This document shows, one piece after another, positions 39,496 through 53,378 of a stretch of 64,000 nucleotides of DNA. Location of the stretch: positions 32,178,001 through 32,242,000 of the forward strand of contig NC_043014.1 in NCBI RefSeq assembly GCF_006345805.1, in the 5' to 3' direction. The DNA is from Octopus sinensis (taxonomy: Eukaryota). The notes under the pieces were generated by a model. That model searched no databases. It saw only the letters and a list, made by a program, of their open reading frames with translations, and was not told where the DNA came from. Made by a program: the position numbers and the translations under genes. How positions within the stretch are numbered: position 1 is the stretch's first letter; every line of letters starts with the position of its first letter.

Positions 39496-39730
39496 ATCTG
39501 TAGATGTAATATGTGACAATTATTTGGTAGCTATGATAAAACTCCGGGTTTTGGATATCAGGGTGGAAATCCACGCCACCATCTCTTCAGTTATCCAGCA
39601 ATCGGAAATATGCTATTTTTCTGATGGCCAGATAACTGAAGAGATAGCAGCGTGGATTTCCACCCCGACATCCGAAACTCAGAGTTTTATCATGGCTACC
39701 AAATAATTGTCACATATTAAATTTACAGAT
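39496..39730. mobile_element. 235-bp palindrome (100-bp arms, 11 mismatches, 35-nt spacer) with an HHR in each arm
   Basis: Arms 39496-39595 and 39631-39730. Confidence 0.85.
39631..39691 (+). ncRNA. Minimal type-I hammerhead ribozyme, core intact
   Basis: gataa CTGAAGA gat..atc(c) GAAA c-tcaga-g TT ttatc; the mirror copy 39535-39595 has G12A. Confidence 0.65.
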
Positions 39731-40305
39731 ATATATATATATTTATATACATATATAAGGAATCTAATGCTCTTAGCTTAGTTTTTCCTTGGGGATGGCC
39801 AGATAGGAGCAATCTCAAGATTAATCAGCCAAAATTGCGAGGATGATCCAGTCCTTGACTGAAGAAAAAAGGCTTTGAATGACCTATCCGTGTATTTTTT
39901 GTATCGTCCATCTGGATGTTTTGTTGTCCCCTTTTGTATCACCTAGTGGTCCGGATGTTTTGTGCTCTTGTCTCATTTTTTATTTTATTATATATATATA
40001 TATATATATATATGTATGCCACATAATTTTCAATACATATATGGCTATACATAAAAGATGGTTGTGTGCATTTTCACACTTACATAAATGCAATTAATAT
40101 ATTCATAAACCATTGCTATAGTTCATCATGCACATTTCTCATGTGCTTCATGAATTGTTTATACATTTACCTGTTAACACTAGTCTCAGTTGTTTTATAC
40201 TGTCATCTATTACTATTCTTCTCATGTATTTATACTTTTACTTGTTACCATTGGTTCCACATGTTTAAACTGTAATTTATAACCACTGCTCTCATGTTTA
40301 TACTG

Positions 40306-40520
40306 TTCCCACTAGTTTCATGCATTTTCTGTTATTCTTCCCACTAGTTTCATGCATTTTCTGTTATACTTCCCACTAGTTTCATGCGTTTTCTGTTATT
40401 CTTCCCACTAGTTTCATGCATTTTCTGTTATTCTTCCCACTAGTTTCATGCATTTTCTGTTATTCTTCCCACTAGTTCCATGCATCTTCTGTTATTCTTC
40501 CTGCTAGTTTCATGCTTTTT
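40306..40520. repeat. 32-bp minisatellite, about 6.7 units
   Basis: ttcccactagtttcatgcattttctgttattc in tandem, no spacers. Confidence 0.95.
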
Positions 40521-42344
40521 ACTGTTCTCTGTTCCCACTGGTTTCATATACTTATACATCTGTCATTGACTACTTAGACTCATGTTTATACTGCCATTTG
40601 TAACCACAAACTGCTTTCATTTAATCTTTTATCTGTTCCCACTGGTCTCTGTCTTTTGCTACAACTGATTTTATGTTTTTATCATTTTACCTCTTAACAC
40701 TTCTCTTGTGTGTTTATACATCTATCATCTGTTTTCACTATGCAAACATCAGTCCCCTCTGGTTCCATCAAAAAGGTCAATGGAGCTGAGCTCTGCCAAT
40801 GACTAATGTTCAGTTTGAAATTTATACCAAGAACTAAATAGTTGTGAGGGTTTTTTTTTGTATAGTGTGCCCCCAAATTAACAACCTTTTCCAACAACCA
40901 TTTTTCTGAATGTCCTGAAGAAGGGTTCTTCACCCCAAAATATAGAAATACAAAGTAAAACTGCAACTTTGTTCTGTTTTCTTTTCCTCTTGTAATTTAA
41001 TTTTTACCATCTCACATTGTTTCAGATTTAGACAACTACATTCTTTAAAACATAATTTATGTTTGAAGTAGTAAAAAAAAAAAGCTGTCCATTTAGTTTC
41101 CAATTTAGCTTTGCTGCTGAATCAGACAAGTTTGTTGCAAAGTTAACATCCTTATAACCTTCATAATTCTTAGTGAAATAGTTATGAATAAATTACTCAG
41201 TAAATGTACAAGATTGTAGAATAGTTGTAGTAGAAAATTAAATTGTTTAGATATTAATTAATTCAGAGACACTATCCAGAAAATAAAAAGGAAATGCAAT
41301 ATTTAAATTAGTGTTAACATGTTTAATGGAAGGAGTAATAAAAAAGAAAGGTTAACTGGAAATATATGGTGAAAGGGAAAGAGAAAATATAAACTATATT
41401 AGTGACTAAACATGGCTGCAACAGCTAGAAAAGATGCGAAAAGCAATATTAGTCTTTGACTAATATTTTGTTTTTATTACTGTTTAGCTTTTTTATTACT
41501 CTGGGAATTAAATATGTTGACACTAATTCAACATTATTATTTGAGTGTTTCATGAACTTAAAACGTTTGAGAATCAGTATAATTATGAAGAGGTTTTGGA
41601 AAGGAAATCATTGGGCAATCTATGCATTGTACAAATGTTTTACTTGAGAGAGGTAGATAGATAGATAGAGGGGGGGAGAGAGAGAGAGAGAGAGAGAGTA
41701 TAGGTGAGAGACAGAGGAGAGGAACAGGTAACAAATGAAAGTGTGATTGTGCTCAATAAGAAAATTGTCTGAAATAGCCAATGGCATTAATGCTAAGAGA
41801 GAAATAAACAGGAGACCCCATCTTGAAGAGAATTTTGACAGCAGTAAAAGAGTTTCTCTTGTGAAAAGCAAAGATTCTCATTGCAATCAGGTGAATGAAA
41901 AAGACTTAACATCAAGCATTGACAACATTTTTCAAGAAGTGGGCCACATGAGACATGGCTCATTTTCAGGTAGGTCACACTAATAAAAAAATAGAATTCG
42001 AGGTAATTTTTCGTTAGGTGTGCCATTCAGAATATCCCACAGGCTGCAGGTTGCTCATGATTCCTCTACATGATCGTTGGACATGCTAGAAACAGTAGAC
42101 ATATCTTACTTCAAGTTTCCCACTACCCTCCTCGAAAAATACGGGAGGACATGTTAGGTGATGTTTCCCTTGGCACTGTTCTAGTAAAAGCCTTTTTCAT
42201 AGGTGGTGATGGAGGGTCACCTTTGATAATAGACTATTTTATCATAGGCTGGAATATCATTAACCATAGGGTGGATCATTTTTGACCCTAGTCTTTGATT
42301 ATAGACTAGATCATCTTTAACTATGGTCTGGATCAATTTTAACT

Positions 42345-42548
42345 ATTGAGTTGTGAAATTTGTGCTGTGGAGTTTGTGATGGGAAGTTTGTGATGCAGAG
42401 CTTGCGTTATGAAGTTTGTGTTGTGAAATTTGTGCTGTGGAATTTGTGTTGTGGAGTACGTTGTAGAGTTAGTGTTGAAAGTTGGTGTTGTGAGGTTTGT
42501 GTTGTGAAGCTAGTGTGGAGGAATTTGACTTGCAGAGTTAGTGTTTGA
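42345..42548. repeat. Degenerate minisatellite, unit about 13-14 bp (gaagtttgtgttgt)
   Basis: Direct reading. Confidence 0.75.
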
Positions 42549-43052
42549 GAGAAAGGTTTGTGCTGACAGTGACAGCAACAATTTAGCTTCAGATGAAGGA
42601 AGCTGTTTCTGTTTAACCCCAGGTGATCTCTGCCAACACAAACCTGTGTTCAATGATAATACCCACTGATGACCATTCTATCTTTCATTTAAGTACAGTA
42701 TATTCAGGATTATATTATTCAATAAGACAGTGAAGTGTTGTGTTATGAGGCTGATTTATATTATTATTTCTAACAGGTCTAGTGAACACATAGACGTTCT
42801 CTTGTTGCAGATGAAGTTGATGGTGGTAGTAGGGATGACGCTGACAACGATAATGATGATGATGATGTTGGTAACAGTGGTGGTGGTGGTGGTAGTGGTG
42901 AAAAGGATTGTGATGAGGCAAAAGTAACAAAGTGATGACTGTGATGATGTTAAAATACTGGTGGTGAAAACAATGGTGGTAATATGGGGATGGTTCTGCT
43001 TGAGTAGACCTTATGATCAAAGGATGTACAGACTGTGACTACACCTTCTTTT

Positions 43053-43817
43053 CAGGAGTGGCTGTGTGGTAAGTAGCTTGCTTCCCAGCCACATCATACT
43101 AGGTTCAGTCCCACTGTGTGGCAGCATGGGCAAGTGTCTTCTATTATAGCCTTGGGCTGACCAAAGCCTTGTGAGTGGATTTGGTAGATGGAAACTGAAA
43201 GATGCCTGTTGTATGTATATATATATATATATATTATATATATATATATATTCTTTTATTATTTTATTTGTTTCAGTCATTTGACTGTGGCTACGCTGGC
43301 CACTTATTCTATCAGCCCCTTTTGCCAAACTGTTAGGTTACGGAGATGTAAACACACCAGCATCAGTTGTCAAGCGAATATGGACAAACACAGATACAAA
43401 ACATATACATACATACATATATATATGTATGTATATATGCATGTATTTGTGTGTCTATGTTTGCCCCCCACCACCGACAACTGAACTGATGTTGGTGTGT
43501 TTACGTCCCTGTAACTTAGCAGTCAGCAAAAAGGACTGATAAAATAAGTACTGGGCTTACAAAGAATAAGTCCTGGAGTTGATTAGTTCAATTAAAGGCA
43601 GTGCTCCAGCATGGCTACAGCCAAATAGCTGATATAAGTATAAGAATATATATATAGGTGCAGGTGTGGCTGTGTGCTAAGAAGCTTGCTTCTCATCCAC
43701 ATGGTTCTGGGTTCAGTCCCACTGCATGACACTTTGGGCAAGTGTCTTCTACTTTAGCCTCAAGCTGAACAAAGCCTTGTGAGTGTATTTGGTAGATGGA
43801 AACTGAAAGAAGCCTGT

Positions 43818-43821
<4 letters not shown>
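43053..43821. mobile_element. Cluster of four SINE A halves
   Basis: Head(+) 43053-43212, tail(-) 43253-43400, tail(+) 43440-43645, head(+) 43659-43821. Confidence 0.7.
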
Positions 43822-43844
<23 letters not shown>

Positions 43845-43857
<13 letters not shown>

Positions 43858-45300
43858 CGAGTGTGTGAGTGTGTGAGTGTGTGTGTGTATGTATATGCAT
43901 GCATGTGTGTATATGTTTGTGTGTGTGTATGTATATGCATGCATGTGTGTATATGTTTGTGTGTGTGTATGTATATGCATGCACACACACACATGCATGT
44001 GTATGTGAATATGTGTGTCCACATATGTACATAAATGTATATGCATGCACACACACACATGCATGTGTATGTGAACATGTGTGTCCACGTATGTACATAA
44101 ATGTATACATGCATGCATGTGTGTGTATGTATGCGCATGCACACACACACATGCATGTGTATGTGAATATGTGTGTCCACATATGTACATAAATGTATAC
44201 ATGCATGCATGTGTATGTGAACATGTGTGTCCACGTATGTACATAAATGTATATCTGCATGCATGTGTGTGTATGTATGTGTGCGTGCGTGTGAGTGTAT
44301 GTATATGCATGCATGTGTGTATATGCATGCATGTGTGTGTATGTATGCGCATGCACACACACACACATGCATGTGTGCATATATGTGTGTGTGTGTGTGT
44401 GTATGTATATGCATGCATGTGTGTATATGCATGCATGTGTGTGTATGTATGTGTGCGTGCGTGTGAGTGTATGTATATGCATGCATGTGTGCATATATGT
44501 GTGTGTGTGTGTATGTGTGTGTGTGTATGTATGTGTGCGTGTGTGTGTATGTATGCGCATGCACACACACACACATGCATGTGTATGTGAATATGTGTGT
44601 CCATGTATGTACATAAATGTATATATGCATGCATGTGTGTATATGTGTGTGTGTGTGTATGTATGTGTGCGTGCGTGTGAGTGTATGTATATGCATGCGC
44701 ACACACACACATGCATGTGTATGTGAATATGTGTGTCCACATATGTACATAAATGTATATCTGCATGCATGCGTGTATATGTGTGTGTGTGTGTATGTAT
44801 GTGTGCGTGCGTGTGTATGTATGCGCATGCACACACACACATGCATGTGTATGTGAATATGTGTGTCCACATATGTACATAAATGTATATCTGCATGCAT
44901 GTGTGTATATGTGTGTGTGTGTGTATGTATGTGTGCGTGTGTGTGTATGTGTGCGCATGCACACACACACATGCATGTGTATGTGAACATGTGTGTCCAC
45001 GTATGTACATAAATGTATATATGCATGCATGTGTGTATATGCATGCATGTGTGTGTATGTATGCGCATGCACACACACACATGCATGTGTATGTGAATAT
45101 GTGTGTCCACGTATGTACATAAATGTATACATGCATGTGTGCATATATGTGTGTGTGTGTATGTATGTGTCTATGTCTGTATTTGTGTGCAGTGTGCTCA
45201 TAATATGTATGTGTGTGTGCGTGTGTGCACACATGTATGTAGGTATTTGTATATATGTATGCACACATGTATGTGTATGCATATTTGTGTGTATGTGTGT
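43845..45300. repeat. Higher-order purine-pyrimidine satellite
   Basis: Nine copies of gtgtgtcca(c/t)RtatgtacataaatgtaT embedded in TG/CA/ATGC blocks. Confidence 0.9.
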
Positions 45301-45354
45301 GTCTTGCATTATACATATTGTTTGCTTTTTTTCTTTTCCAATTTTCATTTACTT

Positions 45355-45466
45355 TTTTGTAGTAGTAGTAGTAGTAGTAGTAGTAGCAGCAGCAGCAGCA
45401 GTAGTAGTAGTATTAGCAGCAGCAGCAGTAGTAGTAGTAGTAATAGTAGTAGTAGTAGTAGTAGTG

Positions 45467-45502
<36 letters not shown>

Positions 45503-45560
45503 TTATTAGTATTAGTAGTGGTTGTCATTGTCGTTGTTGTTGTTGTTGTTGTTGTTAGTA
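45355..45560. repeat. (GTA)n/(GCA)n/(GTT)n microsatellite
   Basis: Direct reading. Confidence 0.95.
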
Positions 45561-45842
45561 TCCTTCTTTTCATTTTGGTTGATTATCTCAATCGGAAAGA
45601 GGTGTGGTGTGCAGGCGGTGTGGAAGAGGTAGGATAGGCTGATGGGTGTGTGTAGGTGAGTGGGTGGGTGGGTGGGGGGACGAAGGAGAGCCTAGATTTA
45701 ATGGCCAACCTTAATAGAATCAATTCCATTGTTATGGCATCACATTCCCTGCTGTTTAACCTGCACTGCACTCTCTCCCCCACCACCACCACCACCACCA
45801 CCGTCACCTCATCACTCTCTCTCTTTCTCTCTTGCACGCTCT

Positions 45843-45873
<31 letters not shown>

Positions 45874-46565
45874 CATTACTATCCTTCTTTCTCCTGCCTC
45901 TTCTTCTGTCACTCTACCCTCACCCCTCCCCCGCCGACACCCCACCAGCTTCCTTGTGCCATTCATCCATCTATCAAAAGGTTTATCAATCCTTTCATCT
46001 CTCATTCTAGGGATGATGATGGTGTGTGTGTGTGTGGTGTGTGTGTATGTGTGTGTGTGTGTGTGTGCATGTGCCTATATGTATGCATATTAACATACAA
46101 ATGTGTGTGCATGCATATATATATATATATGTATGCATACATAAATTACATACATACACATGTGTGTGTGCATGTATATATATTTATGTATATATGTGTG
46201 TGTGAGTATATATATATATTTGTATTTATATGTATGTAGGTATGTATATATATGTATATGTACATGCATATATATGCGTATAATGATATATATACCTATA
46301 TATGCATATACATGAATGTATATATATACATATATATACATACATGCATGTGTATTTGTATATATATGTATATACACACACACACACACAAATACATACA
46401 TACATACATACATACATACATACACACATACATACATACATACATACATACATACATACATACATGCATGCATACATATACATACACTACACATATGTAT
46501 GTAAGTTTATTTGTGAGCATATATATGTAATATTTATGTATTGATATACAGAGAGAAAACAAGGG

Positions 46566-46609
<44 letters not shown>

Positions 46610-47574
46610 ATATATATATAAATGTGAGTGTATATATAGATATATGCATATATATGCTCACACATGCCCAATATAATATATATATGTGTGTGTGTGTGTA
46701 TGAGTGGATGAATGGTATTGTTTTTGATGTTGTTGTTTTTTGTTTGACTTGGGGCATAAACATTGCAGAATGGAATTCGATGAAAATATTTAGATATGTA
46801 GGGTTGTGGGGTTGGTCGGAGTAGATTTGTTAAAGATGGTAGTGGAGGAGGGTTGTTCCATCACAACAGAAAGGGAGGCAGTATTGTTACTATTTTCATT
46901 ATTGTTATTTTTCATTATTACTGCTGCCATAATTGTTGTATCTTTTGGTAATTATAATTATTATTATTATTATTATTGTTGTTGTTGTTGTTGTTGTTTG
47001 TATTGAACAGTCGTGTTTAACAGAGCTCCTGAAAAAAAAAGATGGAATGTACTAAGTTTAATTAAACAGATGAAAATTGTTTTTAAGTGTTCAATTTTTA
47101 TTCTGGGTTACTGACAAGAGGACTGCTTTTGGGGATTATCTAGCCCTTTCCCATATTTCCCTGAGGTGGAAAAAGATTTGTCATGTCATTTTTCTTTGAC
47201 AGTATATATTTCTATCAGACGGTCATTTGTAACTATTTGCGTTTCAAAATGGCTACACCAGTTGTGGTAGGGAGAGAGATATCATAATAGTGGAGGCAAC
47301 ATGAAAAAGAAAAAATTTGAATGCCTGTGATAAGATGTTTCAGTCACGAAAATAGATTTGAAAAATAATTACCTACAATACATGGAAATTTTAAATCTAG
47401 CAGGCATGTAATAATGTGTGGATTACGAAAAAAAGTTATATAAAAATGAGAGGCGGGTGGAAAAATGCTGTGCAATAATGGAAGGACAAGTTTTACAATG
47501 TATAAAATGCATACAAACAATTATATAAAAAAAATTAAAAACATATAATACAACAAGCAATATGTAAAAACAAG

Positions 47575-48420
47575 ACATAGTTTATTAAAGGAGCAAGCCC
47601 CCTACATGGGAAACTGCCAACTTTGTTGAACAGAGTATCTCACAATCTTGATTACACATAATTTTGATTCAAATATGATGAATCCAGAATCTTCCATGAG
47701 GAATCCTTGGGTCAGAGCAGGCAAATGAAGATGTGTATCCTGCAGTCATTTGACTAATGAAGTAAACATTATGGGAGCCCTTTATCAATAACCAATTTGT
47801 TCCTCTGTGATCTCTGCAGTCTGATGCCATTTCCTTCTTGAATAGTATCATATTAGGAAAGCCATTGCACATTTCAGATGTCTTTCATCAGTTCTTCGTT
47901 GCATATGCAAAGGGATATGAACTTAATTTCTTTTGGGAAGGAAATGTAATCCCTTGTAGAAGATACTTTTCTTCAATGGAAAGAAATTCCTTTTTATAGG
48001 AAATGGGCTCTTCTACACCTTTTAATTTTTTTTTTTATTTTGGTGGGATGAAGGTACTTTTTTGCATTTTATTTTGTCTTTTTTATTAATCCATTGCAAA
48101 GGTCTGCCAAGGACTTTCATCTCATCCCTGTTCTCATATGTGGAGGGGTGGTACTGCTGTGGGTGAAAGCTTTGATATCATCTACTTCCACTGGAACTTG
48201 CTGGTGCTATTGCTACTATTACTCACCCTCTTTTTCTTCCAAACTCTTCTGCTGTGAATGATCACTCTTAGAGCTTTTCTTACAGAACACAATCTTGAGA
48301 TCCTTTTGTGGCCTTATGGAATCATATGGACTTGGATGCCCAAGGCGATCCTTCTTGACCCCCATCACCATGTCACCCTGTCACATCAGCTCTTATAGTA
48401 AACCTGCACCACAAAAGTAA
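47575..48420 (-). mobile_element. Highly decayed non-LTR (L1/Tx1-like?) remnant
   Basis: Degenerate zinc-knuckle-like segments and a 3' end ggggcttgctcctttaataaac; clade uncertain. Confidence 0.35.
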
Positions 48421-48744
48421 CTACAAACTACGGAATGACCAGCACCCTTCATAGTGGTCCTCATATTCCTTCTGCTTCCAACATGTGGAACTAATGTATG
48501 GGTTAATGTGCCATGGAGTGTCTGAAATTGCGCAAATGCCCCAACCTTAATTTTGAAAACAATGCTTTTTGTATTATATCCCACAATCTCCCAAAGAAGA
48601 TTTCACTTTATGTAACTGTGAAAACTGCCACCAATTGCTCTTTGGGTGGGGTGACACTAAGAGAGCCTCTATGTCTTTGGCATGATATACGCATATTATT
48701 TTTCTTTCCTCTTGTGTCTTGTTGATAGATAGATCCTAGCAGAG

Positions 48745-48938
48745 AGGCGTATGTGTTCCCTAGCTAGATGGGATGCCAGCCCATCACAACATTACTCATT
48801 TTTGCCAGCTGAGTAAACTGGAGCAACGTGAAATGAAGTGTTTTGCTCAAGAACACAACGCGTCGCCTGGTCCAGGAATCGAAACCACAATTTTACAATC
48901 ATGGTGCTGATACCCAAACCACTAAGCCATGCACCTCC
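48745..48938 (-). mobile_element. SINE family C variant
   Basis: ctcagctggcaaaaatgagt..gggctggcatccc; tRNA-like head. Confidence 0.7.
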
Positions 48939-48964
48939 ACTTTAATCAGAATGCCTTATTATTA

Positions 48965-49320
48965 TTATTTTTATTTTCATCTTTTACTTGTTTCAGTCAT
49001 TAGACGGCAGCCATGCTGGAGCACTGCCTTGAATAGTTACATTAAACAGATTGACCCTAGTATTTATTTTTGAAGTCTGATACTTATTCTATCAGGTTAC
49101 TTTTGCTAAACTGCTAATTTAAGGGATGTAAATAAACCAACACTGGTCATCATACAGTAGAGAATGGACAAAAACACACACATTATACAATGTGCATAGT
49201 GGGCTTCCACACAGTTTCTGTCTATTAAACTGACTTGCAAGGCATTCATCAGTTTGAGACTTGCTCAAAATGCTTCTCAGTGGGAGTGAATCCCAAATCA
49301 CAAGGTGGAAAGCAAGCTTC
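48965..49320 (-). mobile_element. SINE family A, degenerate
   Basis: Tail ccatgctggagcactgcc and decayed head. Confidence 0.6.
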
Positions 49321-50169
49321 ATAATCACAAACACCAACACTAATATTGTTTGTCTTTCCTTTTTTCATTTTATTTATTTTATTTTTGTTTGGGATCTGCT
49401 TTGTCTTTTTGATCTTTTTTGCTAAATTTTGCAGTTGGGGAATCTTGTAGGAGGCAACCATTGAGATGAAATTACTTGGTAAAAGTTAAATGGAAGTATT
49501 TAAAATCTGTTCTTATTGTTATCAGTTTGAGGAAAGATTTTCTAAAATGTTCAATAAAAACATGCAGTACAAAATAAAATCCAAAATTCTTTGTATATAT
49601 TTCAGTTATACTTGAAATATATACAAAATTCTTGGAGCAAGTTCAGGTACATCTGAATGAATCTGCAATCATTAACAATAATAACAACAATTTCTGAAAT
49701 AAGTACAAGGGAAAAAGCAGACTTGATCTTGGCAAGATTTCAACTCAAAATGCAAAGATTAAAAACAAATATCACAAGATAGAATTTAATGATTATGCCA
49801 AATATATACAAGTTATTATCATGGAGGGGAGACAGCTATACTATTAACACTGGGAGCCAATAGGGCGGAGCCAGCCAAGGCTATGAGTGGGGATTGCACC
49901 CCTTCAACTTTGATAGACAGGAGATGGAACCTGAAGAAAAGTGAGAAGCTGATAGAGACAGCAGGAAAACTAAGGAGGGCTAGAAAAAGACTGTGCTCAA
50001 ACTAGAGGTAAGAAAGAAGCTGGAAGTCTTGAAGAGACACCTACATTCCTAGAGTGCCTAAATTTTATAGTAATTTGAAGAAATAACAATCTACTAACAA
50101 GTAAAGGATCATTACTCATAGAATTAGGAACACATCAAAGCTCAGCTACATACATAGTGATTGCTTCAG

Positions 50170-50400
50170 CACCACAAATTATTCTTTTCTACTACAGGCA
50201 CAAGGACTGCAATTTTGGGGGAGGGGGGGCCTGTCAATTAGATCAAACCCAGTATGCCACTGGTACTTAATTTATCGACCCTGGAAAGATTAAAGGCAAA
50301 GCCGACCTCAGTGGAATTCAAACTCAGAATGTAAAGACAGATGAAATACCGCTAAGCATTTCACCCAGCATGCTAACATTTCTGCCAGCTCGCCACCTTA
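50170..50400 (-). mobile_element. SINE family D
   Basis: ttctgccagctcgccacctt head; aaaggcaaagccgacctc. Confidence 0.75.
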
Positions 50401-50807
50401 GCACCACAAATTAAGCAGTGTGGTTCTCACGAACATTGGAGAATTCTTCAAACCGACAGTGGATGTACCATCACAAACACACACATCACCTCCACCACCA
50501 CCACTATCATTGCCTCACAGCTACTATTCTAAGCACCATCTCACGCAACCATTCTGAGTACCATTGCAATCACATTCCATGAAATGAAATCTTCATACTA
50601 TGATCATACTAGAAACTGAGCTTTTATCTTTTATCATTTGCTTGTTTCAGTCATTGGACTGCAAGCTTTGAGTGTATTGCTACTTATTACAGAAACAGCT
50701 GTAAGCTAATGTTGTTGATTATATAATTCCAGCTTCCTTGTCATTCAATTAATTCATATATATATATATATATAATATGCACACATATATATGTACATAT
50801 TTATATA

Positions 50808-50895
<88 letters not shown>

Positions 50896-52146
50896 TACAT
50901 ACATATATACTCACATTGCACTATACTCTTACATCCATAAATATACACACACCATCACACATGTATATGAATACATACACAAGCACACTTACTTACATAT
51001 ATGTATACACACACACATATCATATATATATATATAGGATGTCTATCCTTTGGTTATTGCAGTTAATTAATCCCATGATGTTACTGCATTAATCAAAACT
51101 GCACTAATTAAATATAATAATCAATGGGAAAATTATAATTGATTTCTGATTGATCATTATTGATTCTCGAAGTATTTAATTAATGGCGAAAAGTATATAA
51201 TATGATACACTAATGAAAGTAAATGAAGCATATGCACATTAAACTGCGTAGTTTTATTTAGAAACTCATCAAAAATTAGTTGAACAGTTTTACATTCTTT
51301 TCATACATTTTAAGATAAAAAGAAACTTGATTTTCTAGATCATGACACTGTTGAATATTTCTATTGATGTCTGGGGATCCAAATCCATCAATCTTTTACC
51401 TAATTCTTGTGAAATCTTGAAATATTCTATTAAGTATTTTTTTGTTGTTGTTGTTGTTTTTGTTTCTTTTGATCACGTTCATCTCCGACAAATTTGTTTG
51501 TCTTTCTTTTTTGTTTTTTCGTTTTTTTTTTGTTCATTTTTACTTTGTTTTGAGTACGTCGTAACCAGAGTCTTTCAAATGTGAATCCACCGAATAATTT
51601 TTCTTTTTCTTTTTTTTAACATTCCACTACATCGACATCTTGAAAACCTAAGCCTTCTTCAGTAAGAAAATAAATTCAATCACATTCTTTGTCATTGTCA
51701 TCACCATCATCATCATCATCATCGTCATCGTCATTACCACTACCATCAACATGATCATCAACCTGATAATCATCATCATTAGCACCACCATGACCACCAC
51801 CATCATCATCATCATCATCATCATTATCACCATTACCACCATCATCATCCTCCTTATCATCATCCTCACTACCACAACCACCACAATCTCCATACTACCA
51901 TTGCCTCATCACAATCGCTACCACCACCACCACCACCACCACCACAATTCATCATCATCAGCAGCAGCAACAGCTATGTCCTTCCTGTTGCTAACCCTCA
52001 CCTGTTCCAAAGCAAAGTAGTACTTGCCCCCATGGCCAGACATGTTCTTGCAGAATATTGGAAATGAATGAGTAACTGCTTCTATAACTGGGACACTTGT
52101 TTACAACGATCATGTGATGTGAAAACAAAGAGAAACAAGCATACAC

Positions 52147-52495
52147 ACATCATCATCATCATCATCATCATCTTTTAATGCATCCGCTTTCCATGCTAGC
52201 ATGGGTTGCATGATTTGACTGAGGATTGGTGAACCAGATGGCTGCACCAGGCTGCAATCTGATCTGGCAGAGTTTCTACAGCTGGATGCCCTTCCTAAGG
52301 CCAACTACTCCGTGTAGCAGGTGCTTTTACATGCCACCGGCATGAGGGCCAGTCAGGTGGTACTGGCAACGGCCTTGCTCAAGTGTTGTGTTTTATATAC
52401 CACCTGTACAGGAGCCAGTGCAGTGGCACTGGCAATGACCTTGTTCGAATGTTTTTCAGATGCCACCGGCACAAGTGCCAGTAAGGCGATGCTGA
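52147..52495 (-). mobile_element. SINE family B, long form
   Basis: Reverse of the 7316-7741 type. Confidence 0.75.
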
Positions 52496-52537
52496 TATAT
52501 TTAAAGTGCTACTCTGAAACTGAAAGTAGCAAGAAAC

Positions 52538-52937
52538 TGCAGGAGTGGCTGTGTGGTAAGTAACTTGCTAACCAACCACATGGTTCCGGGTTCAGTCCCA
52601 CTGCATGGCATCTTGGGCAAGTGTCTTCTGCTATAGCCCCAGGACGACCAATGCCTTATGAGTGGATTTGGTAGATGGAAACTGAAAGAAGCCTGTCGTA
52701 TATATATGTATGTATGTGTGTGTGTGTTTGTGTGTCTGTGTTTGTCCCCCTAGCATTGCTTGGCAACCGATGCTGGTGTGTTTACGTCCCCATCACTTAG
52801 CGGTTTGGCAAAAGAGACCGATAGAATAAGTACTGGGCTTACAAAGAATAAGTCCCGAGGTCGATTTGCTCAACTAAAGGCGGTGCTCCAGCATGGCCGC
52901 AGTCAAATGACTGAAACAAGTAAAAGAGTAAAAGAGT
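52538..52937 (+). mobile_element. SINE family A, full length, young
   Basis: Retains CpGs; tail (gtaaaaga)n. Confidence 0.85.
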
Positions 52938-53300
52938 AGCAAGAAACTGACCCAATTAAAATTAAATATATTATTAACCACAACTATGATATTGAATATT
53001 ATTTTTTTTTTTTCTGACAGTTAACTTTAAACAGTAATATATTTAGAAGATTGTTTGTTATGGCTGGTCGGAGAGTCACCATTAGATTTGCACCTATAAA
53101 ATGCTTAGGTGTATAGGCAACTTGTCAGACTCAAAGAGCCATTGAGTCTGATGAGTCATCAATACAGCTAAACATTTTATAGGTGCAAAACCAACGCTCA
53201 CTGTCTGACCGGCCACAACAAACAACAATATAGATATACATAGATACATAGATACATACATACATACATTCATACATACATACATACATACATACATACA

Positions 53301-53334
<34 letters not shown>

Positions 53335-53378
53335 CACACATACACACACACACATACACACATATATGTATGTATATA

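Noticed and set aside
40306-40520. 32-bp repeats as a CRISPR array
   Set aside because: Head-to-tail units with no spacers; eukaryotic context and no cas genes
43693-45348. 551, 518 and 453 aa ORFs
   Set aside because: H/T/Y/M-only translation of a stop-poor CA/TG satellite joined to a SINE head; not a gene
51337-51433. Protein-like minus-strand frame LIEYFKISQELGKRLMDLDPQ
   Set aside because: No acceptor or start upstream; only about 33 codons
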